Virus record (IMG/VR): IMGVR_UViG_3300036945_000909
Strand: one strand, 5' to 3'
DNA length: 64,000 nt
Origin: an uncultured virus (IMG/VR IMGVR_UViG_3300036945_000909)
Taxonomy: Duplodnaviria; Heunggongvirae; Uroviricota; Caudoviricetes
The stretch's first letter is position 1. Each line of letters starts with the position of its first letter. The notes under the pieces are model-generated. The model was not told where the DNA came from. It searched no databases and saw only the letters and a program-made list of their open reading frames with translations. Position numbers and translations under genes: made by a program. Of the stretch, positions 10,301-18,428 are shown piece after piece.

Positions 10301-12031
10301 AAAGAAGGATTTGATGGTAGAATCAGAAATTCTGGCTCAATTCAACTTCAATTAGATATTGATACAACTTCTTGGAAAAGTGGTTCTGAATTAGTTATTG
10401 GTAATGGATTTACCGGTTCAATTGATGAGGTTAGAGTATGGTCAACTGCATTGAACGAATCACGTATTGATAATCACGCTTTATTACCCGATGCTATTGA
10501 TGGTAATCACATTTCAGCATCTACTGATGATTTATTATTCCGTTTAGATTTTGAATATCCTAAAAATGTAGGAATGGAAATCCAAATCAAAAACGTTGCA
10601 ATGAATTATACCTATGGTGAATCATTTGCAATTGCATCTGGATTTAATTCTATTACAGAATATCCATATAACTATACACCATATGAAAGAAGTGTAACTG
10701 CAAATGTTCCTTCTTCTGGTTTTAATGTTGGAAATAAATTTAGAGTTGAAACACAATATGATTTAAGTGGAAATGAGATAAATTCAGAATCCGAAACTGG
10801 TATTGGGTTGGATTACAAAACTCGTTCTACTAAAAAATCATTTGATCAATCACCAATTGATTCAGATAGATTAGGATTATTCTTCTCTCCAATTAAGGAG
10901 ATTAATATGGATATTCTAAAATCATTAGGACAATTCAATATTGATGATTATATCGGTGATCCATCGGATGAATATAAAGATGAATATAAATCTCTTTCTA
11001 CATTACGAAACTATTATTTCGATAGATATGATTTAAATTTCAATGAATATGTTCAATTAGTTAGATACATTGACAAATCTTTATTTGATACATTAGAATC
11101 ATTAGTTCCTGCTCGAGCAAAGGTTTCATCTGGTTTATTAATTGAACCACATATTTTAGAAAGAAGTAAAGTTAAGTGGAGTAAACCAACTGCAACGGAT
11201 AATACATTAGAAACTTCAATTGATGTTGAATCCAATACAAACGTAATTTCTACATATGATGTAATTGATAATGTTATTATAAGCACAACATCAGATGTTA
11301 ATTTAGAGGTTGTAAATCCACAATACGATGGTGTTATAACTTCAATTACTGATGTTTTTGTTGGTGGTGATGTTTCAAATATTACATCATCAATTGATAC
11401 TACAACTACCAATATCCAAAGAGGATATATGACTATAAATTCAGGTTCTGATATGGGTGGTATTGTATTTAATATTGATGCAAATTTGGGTTCATCTATA
11501 ATGGGTGAATATGATGCTACTTCATATATTCAAGTAGGAATGGATCCAGATTCAATTTCAGTAAAAGGATTTGGATTGTGGGGTTCAGATGGAAATTCAC
11601 AAATTACTAAATTAGATAAATTTGGAAATATTACAAAAGAACGTAAAAAAGTATATCGTATAAAAGAAAGTTATACTATAAATGTTCCACAAAATATAAA
11701 TCCAAATGATTCTTCATTAGGAACGGAAATGATTTCACAAACAGAATACCGATATAAAATAACTATTTTAGATTGGGATGCAAGTGCACCATCTGTTAAT
11801 GGAAATATTGTAGAAGTTACTCCATTAAATGGATACTTACCATCTCACTATAAAAATGTAGGAGATTTAACAACTGGTTTGGAAAATAGTTTCTTTAATG
11901 GTTCAAAACAAACATCTAAAACCACATTAGATGGTGGTGATGCAGTTGTAACATTTACTACGAATCCAAATACATTGAAAGTTTCTAACACAGGTAGAGG
12001 AAGTGGTGAACCAATATTAGAAGTTGAGTAA
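7373..12031 (+). CDS. Large baseplate protein (gp7 / P2 gpI-like segment plus LamG-like domain)
   Basis: LPYLNKHKGTKRALHAAMACYG resembles the Tail_P2_I KGT motif; LVIGNGFTGSIDEVRVWSTAL is a LamG/ConA C-terminal motif; 1552 aa. Confidence 0.75.
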   Translation: MAYNDPYNLSGNSGYNSGGNSGAGSAAGSNPPIVTPSVKQYQIVITKMVDGQPNEYTQINPLDTPYTNLQFTQPQVITPTEIPTAIVSIKADIYKYGLISYRTSDGQTGTINADTIINVNLGNPNYIEFIGDKGETYSFNAIVKNSLTNVVSNNSDFKVTLPIGQTTIEMVASKNNVVPAPNSPTLSVSDTNFTWNINDSNPLQISYTSENSDFVIMSLGNIQRQLPTNGVIDLSQSEFVNGIGNYTLYLQPVSSRGGSGSTQSISINVLSKSYLPGPDITNIYYPETIKGKDFAGFDVPFDISWQSINANYVDIYVSKKDSQFVLGRFSPSGLATFNVSQILKKANAEYNEDTDKIQFKFILIPYNSEGDELTEGKNEEISILFDKGDLKLRRGNVVSDIRSAFQMTLDDSLFKDEISKLLTHYAHFGDGDNKLIATWGIDTETFSVYDEGFDSNGQKYKKKIKEEKSLVLKLYEPLPTSVQPNQQLWISKIQSIPIIEQITILGDLVNDCTPLTPNFNLDIGDDIGYQILDDLVASGSTTSTDLVNQFISSSEFSLDNLDIKFVTSSKVLETSIDGGSIIVLGEEDYWWSNFVKYSSAEERVHNFVYKVETIERYNARYESLNENTSSIAASNEAKQIVSNINELKRGFDSFEKFLYNESSSLSYPGAGQNELSASTDSSVTSWYNGIVSSARDYDYYNVSSFVNNLPQHIREDENGQEFVLFFNMIGQHFDILWAHIKGISQAKKLEHKYESGIKDDLIYHMLESLGWDADMGVKSQFLWEYAFGKHSDGTEVSSMSGKDRQNEIWRRLLNNLPYLNKHKGTKRALHAAMACYGIPASLLTIMEFGGPTDPDSTGVTQFTYDDRTAAINLTNSSQISIPYKEYVETSDFPNSIEIRLNTTEKQDQLVAEVSNAWRLEIESGSNYLGRVKFTISGSGVEHSVYTDYVPVFYDEYYNLTLNKSTNTTKELYTIYIKEGFDGRIRNSGSIQLQLDIDTTSWKSGSELVIGNGFTGSIDEVRVWSTALNESRIDNHALLPDAIDGNHISASTDDLLFRLDFEYPKNVGMEIQIKNVAMNYTYGESFAIASGFNSITEYPYNYTPYERSVTANVPSSGFNVGNKFRVETQYDLSGNEINSESETGIGLDYKTRSTKKSFDQSPIDSDRLGLFFSPIKEINMDILKSLGQFNIDDYIGDPSDEYKDEYKSLSTLRNYYFDRYDLNFNEYVQLVRYIDKSLFDTLESLVPARAKVSSGLLIEPHILERSKVKWSKPTATDNTLETSIDVESNTNVISTYDVIDNVIISTTSDVNLEVVNPQYDGVITSITDVFVGGDVSNITSSIDTTTTNIQRGYMTINSGSDMGGIVFNIDANLGSSIMGEYDATSYIQVGMDPDSISVKGFGLWGSDGNSQITKLDKFGNITKERKKVYRIKESYTINVPQNINPNDSSLGTEMISQTEYRYKITILDWDASAPSVNGNIVEVTPLNGYLPSHYKNVGDLTTGLENSFFNGSKQTSKTTLDGGDAVVTFTTNPNTLKVSNTGRGSGEPILEVE

Positions 12032-12064
12032 TATTGAAAAATATTTAATTTTATAAAATACTTA

Positions 12065-12072
12065 TATTTATA
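12065..12072 (+). promoter_or_regulatory. Putative late promoter TATTTATA
   Basis: Octamer recurring shortly upstream of most operon starts; here it precedes ATG 12100. Confidence 0.7.
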
Positions 12073-12099
12073 TACTGAAAGTAAAGAGGAATAAAAATT

Positions 12100-12729
12100 A
12101 TGGCTTATTTAGACAATTCAGAAATTACCGTTGATGCAATTCTTACCAAAAAAGGTAGAGAAAAATTAGCAACAGGTGAAGGATTAAACATTACGAAGTT
12201 CGCATTAGGTGATGACGAAATCGATTATACATTATACGAACCAGCACACCCAAAGGGTTCTGCATACTATGATGCTGCGATTAGAGCAATTCCTGTGACA
12301 GAAGCTTCACCGGATGAAACACAAGTTTTAAGATACAGATTAGTAACTTTACCAAAAGGCACAACTAAAATTCCTAAAGTAGAATTTGGTGTTCCATCAA
12401 TTTCTGTAAATCAGAATTCAGGTCAGGTTTCTTTGACACCAACTACATCTCCAAGTGGTAATACACAATCTGGATATACTATTGTTCTTGCAAATAAAAA
12501 CGCAGGTTCTATCGTTGGTAGTGGTTTAGCAGCAGGAAGTGGAACTATTCCAGTATTCTTAGGTGATGAAATCACAACAACTGCGGCAGTAGAAAGAGGA
12601 TTAGCATTTACTTTCATTCCTAATCCAAACATTACAACAACTATTAAAACTACAATTACCGTATATGGTAACGAAACTGGTGGTTCTCAATCAATCCCGG
12701 TGACCGTGACATATGTGCAACCAAAATAA
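12100..12729 (+). CDS. Baseplate/tail-collar structural protein
   Basis: AILTKKGREKLATG..LNITKFALGD resembles the N-terminal half of phage tail-collar/fibre-attachment domains; GAGGA SD. Confidence 0.7.
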   Translation: MAYLDNSEITVDAILTKKGREKLATGEGLNITKFALGDDEIDYTLYEPAHPKGSAYYDAAIRAIPVTEASPDETQVLRYRLVTLPKGTTKIPKVEFGVPSISVNQNSGQVSLTPTTSPSGNTQSGYTIVLANKNAGSIVGSGLAAGSGTIPVFLGDEITTTAAVERGLAFTFIPNPNITTTIKTTITVYGNETGGSQSIPVTVTYVQPK

Positions 12730-12748
12730 TAACGGAGAGTAAAAAGAT

Positions 12749-13975
12749 ATGGCACAAATTACAGGACAAGCAGGTGTAAATTTAACTTCAGAGTTGGCAA
12801 CGTATTTAAACGGTCAACAAGGAAATCTTACATCTGAGCAATTAACACAAATTATCAATCAATACCTAACGGGTGGTGATAAATTGGGTTCTCAAGGAGG
12901 TTCAATCTCTACGGGAATTTATAAAAGATTTGGTGAATTTGACCAAGTAACAGGTAAGGTAGAAATCGTAACTACTGGTCTTTGGAGTGGTGATACGGGA
13001 AGTTTAACTTCATTCTATACATCATCGACTCAATCTGCTACTTCTAAAAATTATTATACAAACGTATATTCAACAGACCCAGCAACGGATGAAGGTGCTG
13101 CAGTTCAATACGCAGTTGCATACGGACACAAAACTGCAAGTGGTTCAGTATCTCTAACAAATGATGATACATCAACCTTAGCAACTAAAGCAACTTATGC
13201 ACAATATCGTTCTATTTTATTAGAACAAGATGATAATTATTTTACATTCTATTCTTCATCTGCAGATGGTGTTCATGATTCTTCGGATATTTACGTTATT
13301 AATGTAGCTCGTAGTAGATACAAAGAAACGATGGATGCCGGTAACTGGTCATTAAACCTAAGTGGTTCATTGGGAACAATTACACTTATCGATGATTCGG
13401 GTAAGAAATTCTCTGACACAGTTGGTAAAGCAGGTAGAGTATTCTACGTTGGTAGTGGTTCATTAAATTTAGGAACTGAAAACGAAGCAACTATAAATTC
13501 ATTAACTGCATCAAATGGACAAGGTTTTGGATTATTTTATCCAGACCAAGGTTTGGTAGTATTGAATCCACAAGCAATTGAAAACACAATTGGAACATCA
13601 ATCGATAGTGGTTCAGTAGGTGGTAAATCAATTTACACTGGTGTTGCATATGAAGGACAAAATCAATTCTTATTACATAACGCAATTAAGGGTGGTGGTG
13701 ATTTCCAAGCAAGAAGAACTGAAAACGTTTCAACTGCACACTATTTTGTAAGAGCAACAAACAGAGAATTTAACTTCTCAAACAACCCTACATTCGTAAG
13801 TGGTTCAGATGGAACTTTTGCAGAATCAACATTTGAAAGAGACCCTAAAACATTTATTACAACGGTTGGTTTATACAACGATGCAAACGAAATGATTGCA
13901 GTTGCTAAAACATCACAACCGATTCCAAAATCATTTGATAAGGAAATCCTAATCAAAGTTAAATTAGATTTCTAA
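12749..13975 (+). CDS. Baseplate/tail structural protein
   Basis: C-terminal EFNFSNNPT...TTVGLYNDANEMIAVAKTSQPIPK...IKVKLDF, shared with the next gene; GGAG SD. Confidence 0.7.
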   Translation: MAQITGQAGVNLTSELATYLNGQQGNLTSEQLTQIINQYLTGGDKLGSQGGSISTGIYKRFGEFDQVTGKVEIVTTGLWSGDTGSLTSFYTSSTQSATSKNYYTNVYSTDPATDEGAAVQYAVAYGHKTASGSVSLTNDDTSTLATKATYAQYRSILLEQDDNYFTFYSSSADGVHDSSDIYVINVARSRYKETMDAGNWSLNLSGSLGTITLIDDSGKKFSDTVGKAGRVFYVGSGSLNLGTENEATINSLTASNGQGFGLFYPDQGLVVLNPQAIENTIGTSIDSGSVGGKSIYTGVAYEGQNQFLLHNAIKGGGDFQARRTENVSTAHYFVRATNREFNFSNNPTFVSGSDGTFAESTFERDPKTFITTVGLYNDANEMIAVAKTSQPIPKSFDKEILIKVKLDF

Positions 13976-13993
13976 TCACAATTCTATATTACT

Positions 13994-14020
13994 AAGAACC
14001 CCCTTAAATGGGGGTTTTTT
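13994..14020 (+). terminator. Rho-independent terminator
   Basis: AACCCCC-TTAAAT-GGGGGTT stem-loop followed by a T run, immediately after the stop at 13975. Confidence 0.9.
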
Positions 14021-14030
14021 GTTTAACTAA

Positions 14031-14038
14031 TATTTATA
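14031..14038 (+). promoter_or_regulatory. Putative late promoter TATTTATA
   Basis: Lies just downstream of the terminator and upstream of ATG 14056, where a new promoter is needed. Confidence 0.75.
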
Positions 14039-14055
14039 TAGAGTAGGAAATTATT

Positions 14056-15132
14056 ATGTTTAAATCAATACCAAAATCAAACGTATCGAAAAGGAAATTC
14101 CAAGTTTATAAACTTTGGAATACTAATCAATCGGAATACCCTGTAAGTATTTTATCAGGTAGTAATCCGGCTTATCGTTCGATTAAATCAAAATATTATT
14201 CAAACGAAGGTAATGTCGTAACTCTTTTTGGTAGCACCAAAAACATAGCAAATATACAAACCGAACGAGTTATTTCGGATACTATATATGTAATTGATAT
14301 TGATAGAAACAAATTTGGCGAACAAATAAAACGTCATTCTATTAATTTAACTAATGAAGCTACTCAAAAGACATATATTGATGATGGGTATGGTAAAATA
14401 ATAGCCCCAAATCCAACATATAGATTGGAGAGTATGGATGTTGAAAATAATAAACTTGTCATTTCGGATGATTCGGTTTATTATGAGATTACAATGACAT
14501 CATTAGATTTGGAAACTGGTTTTTGTATTTTAACATTTGATGGTGATTCGGATGAACATTATATTCTTCAAATTGATTTTGAGAACAATTTAGTTTCATT
14601 TAAAAATAAATTAGACTTTAATGGAATTGATATAAGTCAACTTTTATATGGAAATGTTTTCTATTCAGATGGAACACTTGTATTAACGGGCATTACATTA
14701 GAGAATTATACATTGGAATATCGTTCTACTCAAACTATATATGAAACCGAAGTATTAATTACTGCTAGAGCCGGAGAATTTAATTATTCACAAAATCCAT
14801 CTGCAATTAATATAACATTAAGTGGTTCATATGAGTTTGAAACTACACCAACCACAAATAACTCTCCTGGCGGAATTAGAACTATGAAAGAAATCTTAGA
14901 CATCAGTAGAAAGGAAGAGTTCTATGGAACTATGGGTTCTTCAACTGGTTCGTGGGATGATTATTATAACTTTGGTTCGGTTGACCCGACTGGTTCATAT
15001 ATTTCAACCTATATCACTACTATTGGTCTATATGATGATAATAATGATATGGTTGCAATTGCTAAATTACCACAACCAATTAAAAACTTACCGGATTATG
15101 ATATTAACTTCATAATACGTTTTGATACTTAA
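14056..15132 (+). CDS. Structural protein, paralog of 12749..13975
   Basis: Shared YIDDG.G, GNVFY.DG, EFNYSQNPS and TTIGLYDDNNDMVAIAKLPQPIK motifs. Confidence 0.7.
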   Translation: MFKSIPKSNVSKRKFQVYKLWNTNQSEYPVSILSGSNPAYRSIKSKYYSNEGNVVTLFGSTKNIANIQTERVISDTIYVIDIDRNKFGEQIKRHSINLTNEATQKTYIDDGYGKIIAPNPTYRLESMDVENNKLVISDDSVYYEITMTSLDLETGFCILTFDGDSDEHYILQIDFENNLVSFKNKLDFNGIDISQLLYGNVFYSDGTLVLTGITLENYTLEYRSTQTIYETEVLITARAGEFNYSQNPSAINITLSGSYEFETTPTTNNSPGGIRTMKEILDISRKEEFYGTMGSSTGSWDDYYNFGSVDPTGSYISTYITTIGLYDDNNDMVAIAKLPQPIKNLPDYDINFIIRFDT

Positions 15133-15136
15133 TCTA

Positions 15137-15144
15137 TATTTATA
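15137..15144 (+). promoter_or_regulatory. Putative late promoter TATTTATA
   Basis: Octamer upstream of the AAGGA SD and ATG 15164. Confidence 0.65.
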
Positions 15145-15163
15145 CTATATAAGGAATAATATA

Positions 15164-15343
15164 ATGGCAACAATCGAAGAATTATACAAACAATCTGCAT
15201 TTTCTAAATTAGCAGACAAATCAAAGGATAAGACACCATTATCAGTTGATTCAAAGAAACTTCAAAAAGATGAACAAGCTATTGCGAAAGCAAGAGGTGG
15301 TAAATTATTAGAGAAGAAATATTCGGATTCAATCAAACGCTAA
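15164..15343 (+). CDS. Small basic hypothetical protein, 59 aa (start revised from 15122)
   Basis: ATG 15164 is preceded by AAGGA and the promoter octamer; MATIEELYKQ...KKYSDSIKR. Confidence 0.7.
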   Translation: MATIEELYKQSAFSKLADKSKDKTPLSVDSKKLQKDEQAIAKARGGKLLEKKYSDSIKR

Positions 15344-15353
15344 ATTTTAGTAA

Positions 15354-15926
15354 GTGGGGTTATTAATCAACCACAAATATAAATGGGCATATATTCATAT
15401 TCCCAAAACTGGAGGTTCATCCATAACCGAAATATTGTCAAATATTGATGGAACTGAAACTATTATGTCTCATGGAACTATTAATGAATTGGGTAATATT
15501 GAGGATTATTTTATTTTTACATTTGTAAGAAACCCATTTACACGTCTAGCATCATGGTATGACCACACAAAACGTGATGGTAAATCTCAATCATTTTCCA
15601 ATTTCATCCAAAGAATAGATAATTTAGATTATCTATATTTTCCACAAACCTATTTCACAAATCACGGAAAGACGAATACTAAAAAAATATCGTTCGTTGG
15701 TAGATATGAAAATTTTAATGATGATTTAAAATTCGTTTTAAAAAAACTAAATATTAACAACATTAACATTCCACACTTAAACAGAAACTTAATGTGGGAA
15801 ACCCATCCCAATTTAAATAGTGATAAATTATACAAATTTTATTACAAGGATGTTTGGATAAAAGATTGGGTTAAAGAAAAATATAAAGATGATTTCAAAT
15901 TTTTTAACTATGAGTTGGACATATAA
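15354..15926 (+). CDS. Sulfotransferase (family 2-like)
   Basis: 5'-PSB motif HIPKTGGSS, 3'-PB motif FVRNPFTRLASWY, then PQ, FVGRYEN and Y..DF..FNY. Confidence 0.88.
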   Translation: MGLLINHKYKWAYIHIPKTGGSSITEILSNIDGTETIMSHGTINELGNIEDYFIFTFVRNPFTRLASWYDHTKRDGKSQSFSNFIQRIDNLDYLYFPQTYFTNHGKTNTKKISFVGRYENFNDDLKFVLKKLNINNINIPHLNRNLMWETHPNLNSDKLYKFYYKDVWIKDWVKEKYKDDFKFFNYELDI

Positions 15927-16356
15927 AGGAAGTTATATTACAGAATTATCAGATATGCCAGAAGGCACTATTGGATTTATTTATAAAATTACAAACGGAA
16001 AAACTGGACAATATTATATTGGAAAGAAAAACGTTGCATCAATCAGAAAACGTAATTTTGGTAAAAAGGAAATTGCTCTTTTAACCGATAAACGTATGAA
16101 ACGATATGAGATGGTGACTAAAGAATCCGATTGGAAAACGTATCGTTCATCAAACAAATCCGTAAGTGAATGGTTTTTGGATACAACCAATGACCAACTA
16201 CAATTAGAAATACTACGTTTCTGCTCATCTACTAAATCACTTACTTACTACGAATTACAAGAACAATTTGCTCATAACGTTTTAGTGGATGAAAATGCAT
16301 TAAATGACACTTTACTTGGAAAATTCTTTCGAAAAGATTTGGAATTATCAAAATAA
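15910..16356 (+). CDS. GIY-YIG-like nuclease-fold protein
   Basis: GFIYKITN..TGQYYIGKK and ESDWKTY.SS; ATG 15910 preferred as start. Confidence 0.75.
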   Translation: MSWTYKGSYITELSDMPEGTIGFIYKITNGKTGQYYIGKKNVASIRKRNFGKKEIALLTDKRMKRYEMVTKESDWKTYRSSNKSVSEWFLDTTNDQLQLEILRFCSSTKSLTYYELQEQFAHNVLVDENALNDTLLGKFFRKDLELSK

Positions 16357-16369
16357 TTTCGTATCTTTA
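16338..16369 (+). promoter_or_regulatory. Bacteroidota-type housekeeping promoter (-33 TTTG / -7 TAnnTTTG)
   Basis: TTTG (16338-41), 20-nt spacer, TATCTTTA (16362-69, one mismatch), upstream of the primase. Confidence 0.6.
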
Positions 16370-16389
16370 CTAAGTAAAGTGTATAAGGT

Positions 16390-17331
16390 ATGCTCTCACA
16401 ACGAGATAAACTAACAATTATTAGTATTTTGAATGACACATTAGGTGTTGGTTCGTCCCTAAAAGGAGATGAACAGGCCCATCATTGTCCATTCTGTCAT
16501 CACCATAAGAAAAAACTACAAGTCAATTTGGAAACTCAGCAATGGCATTGTTGGGTATGTGATGCAAAAGGAAAACGAATACAAGGATTATTAAAGAAAC
16601 TTCACGTAGATTCTCATAAACTTAAAAAGGTATATGAAATCTATGGTGATGATTATGTAGTTTATTCAAATGATTCCGAAGAGGAGAAAATTGAATTACG
16701 TTTACCAAATGAATTCAAATCTTTATTAGAAACTCCAAAGGGTATAAATCCAACATTCAGAAAAGTAAAATACTACGCAGATAATCGTGGAATTACTACT
16801 GAAGATATTATACGTTATAATATTGGATATTGTGATTCTGGTTTATATAATGGTAGAATTATCATCCCATCGTATGATTCCGATAATAAATTGAATTATT
16901 TTATTGCACGTTCAGTATTTGAGGATGAACCATACAAATATAAAAATCCACCGGTTTCAAAGAATGTTATTATGTTTGAAAACCAAATAAATTGGAATGA
17001 ACCAATTACAATTGTAGAAGGTGCGTTTGATGCAATGGCAGTTAAACGAAACGCTATTCCGATATTGGGTAAATTTATTCCAAAAAAATTGATGGATAGT
17101 ATATATAAAAAAGAGGTTAAACACATCAATATATTGTTAGATAAGGATGCACAACAACAAGCATTGAATTATGTAGTTCAGTTGGGTAATCAAGGTATTG
17201 AGGTTAGAAACATCATCCCATCCGATAAAGATGCAGGCGAAATGGGATTTAGTAGAGTGAATCAAATTCTCAAAGAATCTACTGAAACTGATTTTTCTGA
17301 TGTTATAAAACAAAAATTATTCAATTTATGA
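16390..17331 (+). CDS. DNA primase (DnaG-type)
   Basis: Zn finger CPFC...WHCWVC; GRIIIP; YKNPP; TOPRIM IVEGAFDA and LLDKDA. Confidence 0.92.
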   Translation: MLSQRDKLTIISILNDTLGVGSSLKGDEQAHHCPFCHHHKKKLQVNLETQQWHCWVCDAKGKRIQGLLKKLHVDSHKLKKVYEIYGDDYVVYSNDSEEEKIELRLPNEFKSLLETPKGINPTFRKVKYYADNRGITTEDIIRYNIGYCDSGLYNGRIIIPSYDSDNKLNYFIARSVFEDEPYKYKNPPVSKNVIMFENQINWNEPITIVEGAFDAMAVKRNAIPILGKFIPKKLMDSIYKKEVKHINILLDKDAQQQALNYVVQLGNQGIEVRNIIPSDKDAGEMGFSRVNQILKESTETDFSDVIKQKLFNL

Positions 17332-18428
17332 TTCACATAATTCCACAACATATTGGTAAGGGTTCTTACGTTGCTTGGTATGATTTACTAAATTTTAATG
17401 AACCTCATATTTTTCATAAATTTGATGATACGGAAAATATTGAAAGAAAGATAATAGGTGAACCACCTTATTTGAATAAGTTAATTCAGAAATTAGATAC
17501 AATTAATCCACAGAGGGATGATATAGTTGTATTTGATTTTAAATACATTTTCAATCATAACTTAGAAGATTTTAACAAAACTATATTAAAATTATCTAAA
17601 AAATACAATGATTGTAAATTTGTTTTATTTGAAGATGATCACACCCTACCTTATACCGATACTAAAATCTATACTATATTTTCTAATAGATTTTTAAAAT
17701 CTGAAAATGGGTATAGTTCGAATTGTAATTATTACAGATTCCGTGCACCCCATCAAAGTTATTGGAAATCACTTGAATTTGTAGTTGATACATTTAAAGG
17801 AAATATTCGTCAAAAGAAGATGAATATGATTATTGGTGTGGATAAAAAAGAGAGATTACAGACATTTAAATATGTATATAATATAGGATTAGATTCCGAT
17901 TCGTGGTTAGGGTATAGTGCATTTGCATGCAATTATGATGATTCTGAAATAAGTGAAGGATTGCTTAAATTTAGAAATGAACACATTCCAACTATATTAG
18001 ATACTCCATATGAATTAAGTTTAGTTGGAAATGTAAATGTAGAAATTCCACCATTACCAATTACAATGACATCATACATCAGTTGTATTTTGGAAACATC
18101 AGTCTTAGTTGGTGATGAAATTCATTTAAGTGAAAAAGCATGGAATCCATTTATATCAAAGAATATACCATTAATATTAGGTAGTTCTTATATAAATGAA
18201 TATCTAAAATCGATTGGATTTTGGTTGGCGGATGATTTGTTTGATTTAACTCCAAAGTTTTCAACCGATGAAATATTACAACAATATCGAAGTAATTTAG
18301 ATATTATTAATAAAATGACATATGATGAAATACACTCATATTATATAAAACATAAAAATAACATTGATTCTAATTTTAATTTATTGGCAAATCAAAAATT
18401 TGAATTTAATACAAACAATTATAAATAA
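17328..18428 (+). CDS. GT10-like (GT-B) putative glycosyltransferase, paralog 1
   Basis: C-terminal SYISCILETS...LSEKAWNPF...PLILG, shared with three genes at 37.8-47.2 kb. Confidence 0.55.
   Translation: MIHIIPQHIGKGSYVAWYDLLNFNEPHIFHKFDDTENIERKIIGEPPYLNKLIQKLDTINPQRDDIVVFDFKYIFNHNLEDFNKTILKLSKKYNDCKFVLFEDDHTLPYTDTKIYTIFSNRFLKSENGYSSNCNYYRFRAPHQSYWKSLEFVVDTFKGNIRQKKMNMIIGVDKKERLQTFKYVYNIGLDSDSWLGYSAFACNYDDSEISEGLLKFRNEHIPTILDTPYELSLVGNVNVEIPPLPITMTSYISCILETSVLVGDEIHLSEKAWNPFISKNIPLILGSSYINEYLKSIGFWLADDLFDLTPKFSTDEILQQYRSNLDIINKMTYDEIHSYYIKHKNNIDSNFNLLANQKFEFNTNNYK

Noticed and set aside
15910..16356. Mobile homing endonuclease or intron
   Set aside because: The protein is short, lacks a DNA-binding extension, does not interrupt a gene, and no intron structure is evident.
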